Below, piece after piece: positions 1 through 10,600 of a stretch of DNA of 27,702 nucleotides. The position numbers and the translations under genes are program-made. This stretch comes from a virus (lineage: Duplodnaviria > Heunggongvirae > Uroviricota > Caudoviricetes), in IMG/VR virus record IMGVR_UViG_2706794664_000004; one strand, written 5' to 3'. Position 1 is the stretch's first letter; each line of letters begins with the position of its first letter. The notes beneath the pieces were generated by a model, which worked only from the letters and a program-made list of their open reading frames with translations, ran no database searches and had not been told where the DNA came from.

Positions 1-2
1 GT

Positions 3-170
3 CCTTTCTGGTGTGAGAACCTTAAGGAAACAACATGTTGGGTGGAGCGGACAATCCAAATGGCGAATTACCGTCTTATATCACTGGCGCTGACATCTCC
101 GGATGACGGGGGCAGCTGTTATCTCTGGCTCAACCGTGGGCAACCACCCGCAGTTAACCGGCGACGATAA
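3..170 (+). CDS. 3' end of head-tail joining protein (lambda gpFII-like), 5' end outside window
   Basis: Frame-0 translation ends ...SPDDGGSCYLWLNRGQPPAVNRRR* (TAA 168-170), matching the lambda FII C-terminus as I recall it. No start codon in window. Lies directly upstream of Z as in lambda. Confidence 0.5.
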   Translation, partial: PFWCENLKETTCWVERTIQMANYRLISLALTSPDDGGSCYLWLNRGQPPAVNRRR

Positions 171-184
171 ACGCAGGGTGAATT

Positions 185-760
185 ATGGCGATAAAAGGGC
201 TTGATCAGGCGATTGACAATCTGAACCGGGTTCGTAAAAACGCCATTCCGGCTGCTTCTGCAATGACCATTAACCGCGTGGCCACAACGGCGATTAATCA
301 GTCTTCGTCACAGGTTGCCCGGGAAACCAGGGTGAGACGGAAACTGGTAAAGGAACGGTCCAGACTGAAACGGGCGACGGTCAGAAATCCGAATGCCAGA
401 ATTATCGTTAACCGCGGTGATCTCCCTGTGATTAAGCTGGGGATCAGAATGCTGGGGCGTCGTCCGAACAGCATACTCAAAGCCGGTCAGCATCGTTATC
501 AGCGGGCATTTATCCAGCGATTAAATAATGGGCGCTGGCATGTTATGCAACGTCTTCCCCAGGCCAGATATGAGGAGGGCAATGACGACAAGGGAAGGAA
601 AAAGCGTAATCGCCTTCCCATTCAGGTGGTGAAAATCCCGATGGCGGCCCCACTGAAACAGGCATTTGATGAGAATGTTGACCGTATCCGGCGTGAACGC
701 CTGCCTAAAGAACTGGCATACGCGCTGAAACAACAACTGAGGATTGCGATAAAACGATGA
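185..760 (+). CDS. Z: tail completion protein, lambda gpZ homologue
   Basis: 191-aa ORF, MAIKGLDQAIDNLNRV...[23 protein letters not shown], collinear with lambda gpZ (192 aa) from memory. Stop overlaps the next start (ATGA at 757-760). Confidence 0.85.
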   Translation: MAIKGLDQAIDNLNRVRKNAIPAASAMTINRVATTAINQSSSQVARETRVRRKLVKERSRLKRATVRNPNARIIVNRGDLPVIKLGIRMLGRRPNSILKAGQHRYQRAFIQRLNNGRWHVMQRLPQARYEEGNDDKGRKKRNRLPIQVVKIPMAAPLKQAFDENVDRIRRERLPKELAYALKQQLRIAIKR

Positions 761-1152
761 AACACACTGACATTCGTGCCGCAGTGCTGGATGCACTCGA
801 GCAGCATGAACACGGGGCGACGCTGTTTGATGGTCGCCCCGTTGTTTTTGACGAAGAGGATTTTCCTGCGATCGCGGTTTATCTGACGGATGCAGAGTAT
901 ACCGGTGAAGAGCTGGATGCAGATACCTGGCGGGCCACACTGCATATTGAGGTGTTTTTACCGGCACAGGTACCTGATTCGGAGCTCGATCAGTGGATGG
1001 AAAGCCGGATTTATCCGGCGATGACTGCGATCCCTGCACTGGCAGGACTGATTACCACGATGGTTACGCAGGGCTATGAGTATCGTCGTGATGACGATAT
1101 GGCGTTATGGAGCTCTGCGGATCTGACTTATTCCATTACATACGAGATGTGA
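757..1152 (+). CDS. U: tail tube terminator protein, lambda gpU homologue
   Basis: 131-aa [31 protein letters not shown]...[11 protein letters not shown], same length as lambda gpU and near-identical at both termini from memory. Confidence 0.9.
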   Translation: MKHTDIRAAVLDALEQHEHGATLFDGRPVVFDEEDFPAIAVYLTDAEYTGEELDADTWRATLHIEVFLPAQVPDSELDQWMESRIYPAMTAIPALAGLITTMVTQGYEYRRDDDMALWSSADLTYSITYEM

Positions 1153-1159
1153 GGACGAT

Positions 1160-1912
1160 ATGGCAACACCAAATCCCCTGGAGCCGGTAAAAGGTGCCGG
1201 TACCACTCTGTGGGTTTACAACGGCAAGGCTGATGCTTATGCAAACCCGTTGTCAGACGATGACTGGCAGCGACTGGCTAAGGTGAAGGATCTGACGCCG
1301 GGCGAGATGACGGCTGAATCCTATGATGATAACTACCTGGATGATGAAGACGCGGACTGGAGCGCGACCGGGCAGGGGCAGAAATCTGCAGGTGATACCA
1401 GTTTTACGCTGGCCTGGAAACCGGGAGAGGAAGGCCAGAAAGGGCTTATAGGCTGGTTTGAAAGCGGCGATGTCCGGGCCTATAAAATCCGTTTTCCGAA
1501 TGGCACGGTGGATGTGTTTCGTGGCTGGGTCAGCAGTATCGGTAAGGCCGTGACGGCGAAAGAAGTGATCACCCGCACGGTGAAAGTCACTAACGTGGGT
1601 AAACCTTCTGTAGCGGAAGAACGCAGCAAAATTACGCCGGTCAGTGCGATTAAGGTGACGCCGACATCCGGTACGGTGGCAAAAGGGAAAACAACCACCC
1701 TGACGGTTTCTTTTGAGCCGGAAAGTGCAACCGACAAGACGTTCAGAGCGGTTTCCGCCGATCCGTCGAAAGCCACCATTAGTGTGAAAGATATGACAAT
1801 TACGGTAAACGGCGTGGCGACAGGTAAGGTGCAGATCCCTGTGGTGAGCGGAAATGGTCAGTTCGCCGCAGTGGCTGAAGTCACCGTTACTGAAGCGGGC
1901 GCTGCAGGGTAA
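1160..1912 (+). CDS. V: major tail tube protein, lambda gpV homologue, with C-terminal Ig-like domain
   Basis: 250-aa [25 protein letters not shown]...; C-terminal [48 protein letters not shown] is a Big_2-type Ig-like fold as in lambda gpV. Confidence 0.9.
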   Translation: MATPNPLEPVKGAGTTLWVYNGKADAYANPLSDDDWQRLAKVKDLTPGEMTAESYDDNYLDDEDADWSATGQGQKSAGDTSFTLAWKPGEEGQKGLIGWFESGDVRAYKIRFPNGTVDVFRGWVSSIGKAVTAKEVITRTVKVTNVGKPSVAEERSKITPVSAIKVTPTSGTVAKGKTTTLTVSFEPESATDKTFRAVSADPSKATISVKDMTITVNGVATGKVQIPVVSGNGQFAAVAEVTVTEAGAAG

Positions 1913-1925
1913 ACGGAGGTAATAC

Positions 1926-2357
1926 ATGTTTCTGAAAACAGAACAATTTGAATATAACGGTGTGTCTGTCACGCTTTCCGAATTGTCTGCGCTGCAGCGT
2001 ATCGAGCATCTTGCCCTCCTGAAACGGCGTGCAGAACAGGCAGAATCCAGCGGCAACCTGCAGGTAAGCGTGGAAGATCTCGTCAGAACCGGCGCGTTTC
2101 TGGTGGCGATGTCCCTGTGGCATAACCATCCACAGAAAACGCAGTCACCGTCAATGAATGAGGCCGTGATGAAGATAGAGCAGGAAGTGCTCACCACCTG
2201 GCCTGCCGATGCCATTGCCCGGGCGGAAGACGTGGTGTTGTGCCTGTCCGGGATGATCGAAGCTGTTCGTCCGGATACTGATATTACTGAAGTGGCGAAA
2301 AATAACACGCTGACTGATGATGATTTTTCTGCGGGAAAGTCTTCGACGGCGAGCTGA
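1926..2357 (+). CDS. G: tail assembly chaperone, lambda gpG homologue
   Basis: 143-aa ORF MFLKTEQFEYNGVSVTLSELSALQRIEHLALLKRRAEQ..., good SD (GGAGGT) upstream; position and sequence match lambda gpG. Confidence 0.9.
   Translation: MFLKTEQFEYNGVSVTLSELSALQRIEHLALLKRRAEQAESSGNLQVSVEDLVRTGAFLVAMSLWHNHPQKTQSPSMNEAVMKIEQEVLTTWPADAIARAEDVVLCLSGMIEAVRPDTDITEVAKNNTLTDDDFSAGKSSTAS
2333..2339 (+). promoter_or_regulatory. programmed -1 ribosomal frameshift heptamer G GGA AAG (gpG to gpG-T fusion)
   Basis: GGGAAAG at 2333-2339 with GGA and AAG as zero-frame codons of G, 16 nt before the G stop. The -1 frame continues open into the T homologue (VFDGELNFALRLAREMGRPDWRAMLAGM...). Confidence 0.8.
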
Positions 2358-2663
2358 ACTTTGCCCTCAGACTGGCGCGTGAGATGGGGAGACCCGACTG
2401 GCGCGCCATGCTTGCCGGGATGACATCCACCGAATATGCCGACTGGCGCCGTTTTTACCGCACGCATTATTTTCAGGATACCCAGCTGGATATGCATTTT
2501 TCCGGGCTGACGTACGCTGTACTCAGCCTGTTTTTTTGCGATCCGGATATGCATCCCTCTGATTTCAGTCTGCTTGTCCCCCGGCATGAGGAAGAGCAGG
2601 TGGAGAGGCCGGATGAGGACAAAATGCTGATGCAGAAAGCGGCAGGACTTGCCGGAGGCGTCC
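2339..2663 (+). CDS. T: tail assembly protein, lambda gpT homologue (made only as G-T frameshift fusion); 3' end hidden in N-run
   Basis: -1 frame relative to G reads VFDGELNFALRLAREMGRPDWRAMLAGMTSTEYADWRRFYRTHYFQDTQLDMHFSGLTYAVLSLFF...MLMQKAAGLAGGV, matching lambda gpT from memory. Runs into N-run 2664-2937. Confidence 0.8.
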
Positions 2664-2937
2664 NNNNNNNNNNNNNNNNNNNNNNNNNNNNNNNNNNNNN
2701 NNNNNNNNNNNNNNNNNNNNNNNNNNNNNNNNNNNNNNNNNNNNNNNNNNNNNNNNNNNNNNNNNNNNNNNNNNNNNNNNNNNNNNNNNNNNNNNNNNNN
2801 NNNNNNNNNNNNNNNNNNNNNNNNNNNNNNNNNNNNNNNNNNNNNNNNNNNNNNNNNNNNNNNNNNNNNNNNNNNNNNNNNNNNNNNNNNNNNNNNNNNN
2901 NNNNNNNNNNNNNNNNNNNNNNNNNNNNNNNNNNNNN

Positions 2938-5047
2938 CTGATCCTGCTGCAACAGGGCGGTCAGGTGAAGGACTCCTTCGGCGGGATGATCCCCATGTTC
3001 AGGGGGCTTGCCGATGCGATCACCCTGCCGATGGTCGGGGTCACCTCGCTGGCGGTGGCGACAGGTGCACTGGTGTACGCCTGGTACCAGGGAGATTCCA
3101 CGCTTTCAGCGTTTAATAAAACCCTGGTTCTTTCCGGTAATCAGTCCGGACTGACTGCCGATCGTATGCTGACTCTCTCAAGAGCCGGGCAGGCAGCAGG
3201 GCTGACGTTTAACCAGGCGAGAGAGTCACTGGCAGCCCTGGTGAATGCCGGTGTGCGTGGTGGTGAACAGTTTGATGCCATCAACCAGAGTGTCGCGCGT
3301 TTTGCGTCTGCATCCGGTGTGGAGGTGGATAAAGTCGCTGAAGCCTTCGGGAAGCTGACCACTGACCCGACGTCGGGACTGATGGCGATGGCGCGCCAGT
3401 TCCGTAACGTGACGGCAGAGCAGATTGCGTATGTTGCACAGCTGCAGCGTTCCGGAGACGAGGCCGGGGCATTGCAGGCGGCGAACGATATCGCCACGAA
3501 AGGCTTTGATGAGCAGACCCGTCGCCTGAAAGAAAACATGGGAACACTGGAGACCTGGGCGGATAAAACAGGGAAGGCATTCAAATCGATGTGGGATGCC
3601 ATTCTGGATATCGGTCGTCCGGAATCCTCAGCGGATATGCTCGCCAGTGCGCAGAAGGCATTTGATGAGGCGGATAAAAAATGGCAGTGGTACCAGAGTC
3701 GGAGCCAGCGCCGCGGTAAAACCTCCTCTTTCCGGGCCAACCTTCAGGGCGCATGGGATGACCGGGAAAATGCCCGTCTGGGTCTGGCAGCGGCAACGCT
3801 GCAGTCGGATATGGAAAAAGCCGGTGAACTGGCGGCAAGGGACAGGGCTGAGCGTGAGTCGTCACAGCTGAAGTATACCGGAGAGGCGCAGAAGGCGTAT
3901 GAGCGCCTGCTGACGCCACTGGAGAAATATACCGCCCGGCAGGAAGAGCTGAATAAGGCCCTGAAAGACGGGAAAATCCTGCAGGCGGATTACAACACGC
4001 TGATGGCGTCGGCAAAAAAGGATTATGAGTCGACGCAGAAAAAGCCGTCCGGTGTGAAGGTGTCTGCCGGTGAGCGCCAGGAAGACCAGGCGCATGCAGC
4101 CCTGCTGGCGCTTGAAACTGAGCTCAGGACGCTGGAGAAGCACAGCGGTGCGAATGAAAAAATCAGCCAGCAGCGCCGTGATTTATGGAAAGCGGAAAAT
4201 CAGTATGTGGTCCTGAAAGAGGCCGCCACGAAACGGCAGTTATCTGAGCAGGAAAAATCCCTGCTGGCCCATGAGAAAGAAACGCTGGAGTACAAACGCC
4301 AGCTGGCTGAGCTGGGCGACAAGATTGAACACCAGAAACGGCTGAATGAGCTGGCACAGCAGGCGGCGCGGTTTGAACAGCAGCAGAGCGCGAAGCAGGC
4401 GGCAATCAGCGCAAAAGCCCGCGGACTCACCGACCGTCAGGCGCAGCGGGAGTCGGAAGAGCAGCGCCTTCGTGAGGTGTACGGTGATAATCCGGCTGCG
4501 CTGGCGAAGGCCACATCTGCACTGAAGAACACCTGGTCTGCGGAGGAGCAGCTTCGTGGAAGCTGGATGGCCGGGATGAAGTCCGGCTGGGGCGAGTGGG
4601 CGGAAAGTGCGACGGACAGTTTTTCGCAGGTTAAAAACGCGGCCACGCAGACCTTTGACGGTATTGCACAGAATATGGCAGCGATGCTGATCGGCAGCNN
4701 NNNNNNNNNNNNNNNNNNNNNNNNNNNNNNNNNNNNNNNNNNNNNNNNNNNNNNNNNNNNNNNNNNNNNNNNNNNNNNNNNNNNNNNNNNNNNNNNNNNN
4801 NNNNNNNNNNNNNNNNNNNNNNNNNNNNNNNNNNNNNNNNNNNNNNNNNNNNNNNNNNNNNNNNNNNNNNNNNNNNNNNNNNNNNNNNNNNNNNNNNNNN
4901 NNNNNNNNNNNNNNNNNNNNNNNNNNNNNNNNNNNNNNNNNNNNNNNNNNNNNNNNNNNNNNNNNNNNNNNNNNNNNNNNNNNNNNNNNNNNNNGGGAGT
5001 TTGTCTTCACGAAGGAGGCGACCAGCCGGATTGGTGTCGGCAATCTG
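2938..5047 (+). CDS. H: tail tape measure protein, lambda gpH homologue; both ends inside N-runs
   Basis: Visible translation LILLQQGGQVKDSFGGMIPMFRGLADAITLPMVG...QAIAYVAQLQRSGDEAGALQAAND...KYTARQEELNKALKDGKILQADYNTLMA is collinear with lambda gpH. Island 4997-5047 reads EFVFTKEATSRIGVGNL (gpH C-terminal motif) but in a different frame from the upstream segment. Confidence 0.85.
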
Positions 5048-5297
5048 NNNNNNNNNNNNNNNNNNNNNNNNNNNNNNNNNNNNNNNNNNNNNNNNNNNNN
5101 NNNNNNNNNNNNNNNNNNNNNNNNNNNNNNNNNNNNNNNNNNNNNNNNNNNNNNNNNNNNNNNNNNNNNNNNNNNNNNNNNNNNNNNNNNNNNNNNNNNN
5201 NNNNNNNNNNNNNNNNNNNNNNNNNNNNNNNNNNNNNNNNNNNNNNNNNNNNNNNNNNNNNNNNNNNNNNNNNNNNNNNNNNNNNNNNNNNNNNNNN

Positions 5298-5618
5298 TTT
5301 CGCTGGAAAGTGAAGCCGGATATGGAGGTGAACTCGCAGCCATCGGTGCGTGAAGTGCGTTTTGGTGACGGGTACTCACAGCGTATGGCGGCAGGGCTGA
5401 ATGCTGACCTGAAAACATACAGGGTGACGCTTTCCGTGACCCGGGAGGAGGCCCGGCATCTGGAAGCGTTCCTGGCAGAGCACGGTGGCTGGAAGGCATT
5501 TTTGTGGAAGCCACCCTATGCATACCGGCAGATAAAGGTGACCTGTGCCGGGTGGTCTGCGCGGGTCGGGATGTTGCGCGTTGAGTTCAGCGCGGAGTTT
5601 AAGCAGGTGGTGAACTGA
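5298..5618 (+). CDS. M: tail tip protein, lambda gpM homologue; start inside N-run
   Basis: FRWKVKPDMEVNSQPSVREVRFGDGYSQRMAAGLNADLKTYRVTLSV...RVEFSAEFKQVVN* matches lambda gpM (109 aa) from memory. Stop overlaps L start (TGATG). Confidence 0.85.
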   Translation, partial: FRWKVKPDMEVNSQPSVREVRFGDGYSQRMAAGLNADLKTYRVTLSVTREEARHLEAFLAEHGGWKAFLWKPPYAYRQIKVTCAGWSARVGMLRVEFSAEFKQVVN

Positions 5619-6316
5619 TGCAGGATATTCGCGAAGAAAGTCTGAACGAGTCGGTTAAGTCAGAGCAGTCACCGCGGGTGGTACTCTGGGAAATCGACCT
5701 GACGGTACAGGGTGGTGAGCGGTATTTTTTCTGTAATGAGCTGAATGAAAAAGGGGAGCCGGTCACCTGGCAGGGGCGTAAGTATGAGGCATACCCGATT
5801 GACGGCAGCGGCTTTGAGATGAACGGCCGGGGCAGCAGTGCCAGACCGTCGCTGACGGTGTCCAATCTGTTCGGTCTGGTCACCGGGATGGCGGAAGACC
5901 TGCAGAGTCTGGTGGGGGCCACGGTGGTCCGCCGCCGGGTGTATGCCCGTTTTCTGGATGCGGTGAATTTCGTTGCGGGCAATCCGGAGGCGGACCCGGA
6001 GCAGGAGCTGAGTGACCGCTGGGTGGTGGAGCAGATGTCGCAGCTGACAGCCATGACGGCCTCGTTTGTGCTGGCTACACCGACCGAGACGGACGGGGCG
6101 CTGTTTCCCGGTCGCATCATGCTGGCGAACACCTGTATGTGGGATTACCGGGGAGATGAATGCGGGTATAACGGTCCTGCGGTGGCGGATGAGTTCGACA
6201 ACCCCACCACGGATATCCGTAAGGACAGATGCAGCAAGTGCATGCGCGGGTGTGAACTGCGCAGGAATGTCGGCAATTTTGGCGGTTTCCTTTCCATTAA
6301 TAAACTTTCGCAGTAA
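5618..6316 (+). CDS. L: tail tip protein, lambda gpL homologue
   Basis: 232-aa ORF MQDIREESLNESVKSEQSPRVVLWEIDLTVQGGERYFFCNE..., same length as lambda gpL; conserved Cys-rich C-terminus (CSKCMRGCELR). Confidence 0.9.
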   Translation: MQDIREESLNESVKSEQSPRVVLWEIDLTVQGGERYFFCNELNEKGEPVTWQGRKYEAYPIDGSGFEMNGRGSSARPSLTVSNLFGLVTGMAEDLQSLVGATVVRRRVYARFLDAVNFVAGNPEADPEQELSDRWVVEQMSQLTAMTASFVLATPTETDGALFPGRIMLANTCMWDYRGDECGYNGPAVADEFDNPTTDIRKDRCSKCMRGCELRRNVGNFGGFLSINKLSQ

Positions 6317-6326
6317 ATCCCGGTTT

Positions 6327-6530
6327 ATGACACAGACTGAATCAGCGATTCTGGCACATGCCCGGCGGTGTGCGCCTGCGGAGTCGTGCGGCTTCGTGAT
6401 AAGCACGCCGGAGGGGGAGCGGTATATCCCTTGTGTGAATATTTCCGCAGAGCCGGAGGCGTATTTTCGTATCGCACCGGAAGACTGGCTGCGGGCAGAG
6501 ATGCAGGGGGAGATTGTGGCACTGGTCCAC
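6327..6530 (+). CDS. K: tail tip assembly protein, lambda gpK homologue; 3' part inside N-run
   Basis: ATG 6327 then MTQTESAILAHARRCAPAESCGFVISTPEGERYIPCVNISAEPEAYFRIAPEDWLRAEMQGEIVALVH, the N-terminus of lambda gpK from memory. Confidence 0.85.
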
Positions 6531-6805
6531 NNNNNNNNNNNNNNNNNNNNNNNNNNNNNNNNNNNNNNNNNNNNNNNNNNNNNNNNNNNNNNNNNNNNNN
6601 NNNNNNNNNNNNNNNNNNNNNNNNNNNNNNNNNNNNNNNNNNNNNNNNNNNNNNNNNNNNNNNNNNNNNNNNNNNNNNNNNNNNNNNNNNNNNNNNNNNN
6701 NNNNNNNNNNNNNNNNNNNNNNNNNNNNNNNNNNNNNNNNNNNNNNNNNNNNNNNNNNNNNNNNNNNNNNNNNNNNNNNNNNNNNNNNNNNNNNNNNNNN
6801 NNNNT

Positions 6806-7294
6806 GCCGGTTATGACACGGCACCGGAGGCGGTGTACGCCCGTCTTCACGAACAGCTGGGTGAGGGAACGGTCATCCACATTGTGCCGCGACTGGCCGG
6901 GGCCGGAAAGGGTGGACTGCAGATTGTGCTGGGGGCGGCAGCCATCGTGGGCTCTTTCTTCACTGCCGGGGCATCAATGGCGTTATGGGGTTCAGCCCTG
7001 GCAGCCGGTGGTTTTTCTGCCACCACGATGCTGTTTTCACTTGGAGCCAGCATGATTCTGGGCGGTGTGGCCCAGATGCTGGCCCCGAAGGCAAAAACAC
7101 CGGATTACCGCGCAACGGATAACGGCAGACAGAACACGTACTTTTCCTCACTGGATAACATGATTGCCCAGGGGAACCCGATGCCGGTGCCTTACGGGGA
7201 AATGCTGGTTGGCTCCCGCCGTATATCCCAGGACATCAGCACCCGTGATGAAGGCGGGGGCGGAAAGGTCGTGGTTATCGGGCGGCAGGGGTAA
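6806..7294 (+). CDS. I: tail assembly protein, lambda gpI homologue; 5' part inside N-run
   Basis: After N-run: AGYDTAPEAVYARLHEQLGEGTVIHIVPRLAGAGKGGLQIVLGAAAIVGSFFTAG...NTYFSSLDNMIAQGNPMPVPYGEMLVGSRRISQDISTRDEGGGGKVVVIGRQG*, matching lambda gpI C-terminal two-thirds. Confidence 0.85.
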   Translation, partial: AGYDTAPEAVYARLHEQLGEGTVIHIVPRLAGAGKGGLQIVLGAAAIVGSFFTAGASMALWGSALAAGGFSATTMLFSLGASMILGGVAQMLAPKAKTPDYRATDNGRQNTYFSSLDNMIAQGNPMPVPYGEMLVGSRRISQDISTRDEGGGGKVVVIGRQG

Positions 7295-7339
7295 AAAGAA
7301 TAAAAAAATCCCGCAGTGATCGCGGACAGGAACTGCGGG
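7294..7339 (-). terminator. rho-independent terminator oriented for the minus strand
   Basis: Stem CCCGCAGT (7310-7317) / ACTGCGGG (7332-7339), 14-nt loop. On the + strand it is preceded by AAAAAGAATAAAAAAAT (7293-7309), so on the minus strand the hairpin is followed by a U-tract. Confidence 0.55.
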
Positions 7340-7397
7340 AGAGTTACGAAGATTAAGTGTAAGGAATTATTCTTATATCACGACAAAAAAATTAACG
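7296..7397 (-). ncRNA. candidate ~100-nt small RNA between promoter at 7405-7432 and terminator at 7294-7339
   Basis: Minus-strand -35 TTCACA, 16-bp spacer, -10 TATAAT, about 60 nt upstream of a minus-strand intrinsic terminator. Intervening RNA has no plausible ORF (only GUG-AUA-UAA). Confidence 0.3.
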
Positions 7398-7404
7398 CAG
7401 AGAA

Positions 7405-7432
7405 ATTATACGCGCCACAGTCAGTTTGTGAA
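7405..7432 (-). promoter_or_regulatory. sigma70-like promoter on minus strand (-35 TTCACA / 16 bp / -10 TATAAT)
   Basis: Minus-strand sequence TTCACAaactgactgtggcgcgTATAAT; + strand coordinates: -10 at 7405-7410 (attata), -35 at 7427-7432 (tgtgaa). Confidence 0.45.
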
Positions 7433-7504
7433 AATGTGAAGATATTCAGAATTTTTATGCCATTACCGGTTTTAACCAACAGGATTATCGGTGGGCATGA
7501 AAGA

Positions 7505-7540
7505 AAACCCCGGTATCTGCTGATACCGGGGTTTCTCTTT
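7505..7540. terminator. strong hairpin, possible bidirectional terminator or insulator
   Basis: Perfect 13-bp stem AAACCCCGGTATC (7505-7517) / GATACCGGGGTTT (7522-7534) with 4-nt loop TGCT; T-rich on both flanks. Confidence 0.45.
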
Positions 7541-7637
7541 AGCATGGCAGAAATGTGTTTCATGCTTTTCGGGCGAAGGATATCCGACTTCTGTACGGAA
7601 TGGCAAGTGGCGGTTAATTTATTCAGGGGAAGGCTGT

Positions 7638-10600
7638 ATGGGAAAAGGTGGCGGTAAGGCACACACGCCTCGTGAGGCGAAGGATAATCTCAAATCCACG
7701 CAGATGATGAGCGTGATTGATGCGATTGGTGAGGGACTGATAGAAGGTCCGGTGAAGGGACTGCAGAGTATCCTGGTGAACAAAACCCCGCTGACGGACA
7801 CGGACGGTAATCCCGTGATACACGGTGTGACGGCGGTCTGACGCGCCGGGGAGCAGGAGCAGACACCACCGGAAGGCTTTGAGTCCTCCGGTGCTGAAAC
7901 CGGACTGGGCGTGGAAGTGACGAAGGCAAAACCGGTGACGCGCACCATTACGTCCGCGAACATTGACCGCCTGCGGGTTACCTTCGGGGTGCAGTCACTG
8001 GTGCAGACCACGTCAAAGGGTGACCGAAACCCGACATCCGTCCGCCTGCTGATTCAGTTACAGCGTAACGGTAACTGGGTGACAGAAAAGGATGTCACCA
8101 TTAACGGCAAGACCACCTCGCAGTTTCTGGCGTCGGTGATTCTGGATAATCTGCCTCCCCGTCCTTTTAACATCCGGATGGTCCGGGAGACAGCGGACAG
8201 CACCACGGACCAGCTGCAGAATAAGACGCTGTGGTCGTCATACACCGAAATCATCGATGTGAAACAGTGCTACCCGAACACGGCCATTGTGGGGCTGCAG
8301 GTGGATGCGGAGCAGTTCGGCGGCCAGCAGATGACGGTGAACTACCATATCCGCGGTCGCATCATCCAGGTGCCGTCAAACTATGACCCGGAAAAACGCA
8401 CGTACAGTGGTATCTGGGACGGTAGCCTGAAACCGGCATACAGCAACAATCCGGCCTGGTGTCTGTGGGACATGCTGACTCACCCGCGCTACGGCATGGG
8501 AAAACGTCTGGGGGCGGCGGATGTGGACAAGTGGGCGCTGTATGCCATCGGGCAGTACTGCGACCAGACGGTCCCGGATAGTTTCGGGGAGACCGAGCCG
8601 CGGATGACCTTCAATGCGTACCTGGCACAACAGCGTAAGGCATGGGACGTGCTCAGTGATTTCTGCTCGGCGATGCGCTGTATGCCGGTATGGAACGGCC
8701 AGACGCTGACGTTTGTTCAGGACCGCCCGTCGGATGTGGTGTGGCCGTACACCAACAGCGATGTGGTGGTGGATGATAACGGCGTGGGTTTCCGCTACAG
8801 CTTCAGTGCCCTGAAGGACCGGCACACGGCGGTGGAGGTGAATTATACCGACCCGCAGAACGGCTGGCAGACCTCCACGGAACTGGTGGAAGACCCGGAA
8901 GCCATACTGCGCTACGGACGCAACCTGCTGAAGATGGACGCGTTCGGCTGTACCAGCCGCGGTCAGGCCCACCGTGCCGGACTGTGGGTGATAAAGACCG
9001 AACTGCTGGAAACGCAGACGGTGGATTTCACGCTCGGGTCTCAGGGGCTGCGGCACACACCCGGTGACATCATTGAAATCTGTGATAACGACTATGCCGG
9101 GACCCTGACCGGCGGACGTGTCCTGTCCATTGATGCTGCCACCCGCACTCTGACGCTGGACCGTGAAGTGACACTTCCGGAGACCGGTGCCGCCACGGTG
9201 AACCTGATTAACGGCAGCGGTAAGCCGGTGAGTGTGGACATCACCGAACACCCCGCGCCGGACCGGATACAGGTCAGTACCCTGCCTGATGGTGTGGAGA
9301 CATACGGGGTGTGGGGACTCTCCCTGCCGTCACTGCGCCGTCTCCTGTTCCGCTGTGTCTCCGTCCGGGAAAACACGGACGGCACCTTTGCCATCACGGC
9401 GGTGCAGCACGTACTGGAAAAAGAAGCCATCGTGGATAACGGTGCCCGCTTTGAGCCGCAGTCAGGTTCCCTGAACAGCGTCATCCCACCGGCAGTGCAG
9501 CACCTGACGGCCAGTATCTGGCGCAGGCGAAATGGGACACGCCGCGGGTGGTGAAGGGTGTGCGCTTCAGTCTGCGCCTGACCAGTGGTAAGGGAACGGA
9601 TGCCAGACTGGTGACCACCGCCATCACCGCAGACACGGAGCACCGTTTCAGCGGCCTGCCGCTCGGGGAATACACCCTGACGGTGCGGGCGATAAACAGC
9701 TATGGCCAGCAGGGTGAACCTGCCACCACCACCTTCCGGATTGCCGCACCGGCAGCACCGTCGCGGATTGAGCTGACGCCGGGCTATTTTCAGATAACCG
9801 CAACGCCGCATCTTGCCGTTTATGACCCGACGGTACAGTTTGAGTTCTGGTTCTCGGAAAAGCGGATTGCGGATATCAGGCAGGTTGAAACCAGCGCCCG
9901 CTATCTTGGCACGGCGCTGTACTGGATAGCCGCCAGTATCAATATCAAACCGGGCCATGATTATTATTTTTACGTTCGCAGTGTGAACACCGTTGGCAAA
10001 TCGGCATTCGTGGAGGCTGTCGGTCGGGCGAGCGATGATGCGGAAGGTTACTTGGATTTTTTCAAAGGAGAGATAGGGAAAACACATCTGGCTCAGGAGC
10101 TGTGGACGCAGATTGATAACGGTCAGCTTGCGCCTGACCTGGCTGAAATCAGGACGTCCATTACGGATGTCAGCAATGAAATCACGCAGACTGTCAATAA
10201 GAAACTGAAAGACCAGAGTGCGGCAATCCAGCAGATACAGAAGGTTCAGGTTGATACAAATAATAATCTGAACAGCATGTGGGCTGTGAAGCTGCAACAG
10301 ATGAAGGACGGACGCCTTTATATTGCGGGTATCGGTGCCGGTATTGAGAATACGCCAGCAGGAATGCAGAGTCAGGTGCTGCTGGCGGCAGACAGGATTG
10401 CGATGATTAATCCTGCGAATGGCAACACAAAGCCGATGTTTGTTGGTCAGGGCGATCAGATATTCATGAACGACGTGTTCCTGAAACGCCTGACGGCTCC
10501 CACCATTACCAGCGGCGGTAATCCTCCGGCATTTTCCCTGACACCGGACGGAAAACTGACCGCTAAAAATGCAGATATCAGTGGCAGTGTGAATGCGAAC

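Noticed and set aside
1253-2587. 444-aa minus-strand ORF antisense to V, G and T
   Set aside because: Arg/Cys-rich low-complexity translation, no start context, completely overlapped by lambda-like genes with clear homology.
7316-7662. ORFs of 113 aa (+) and 94 aa (-) in the I-J intergenic insert
   Set aside because: Both read straight through the two strong hairpins; no SD; the region looks like a non-coding transcription unit.
7839-7841. In-frame TGA in J as a recoding event (selenocysteine or read-through)
   Set aside because: No SECIS-like hairpin immediately downstream, a second lesion (frameshift) in the same gene, and the homologous lambda position is an ordinary sense codon; a nonsense mutation or sequencing error is simpler.
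9092-10297. 401-aa minus-strand ORF antisense to J (and similar long antisense ORFs at 4240-5523, 5669-6880, 8376-9251)
   Set aside because: Antisense artefacts of GC-rich coding sequence, several extended artificially through N-runs; no independent support.
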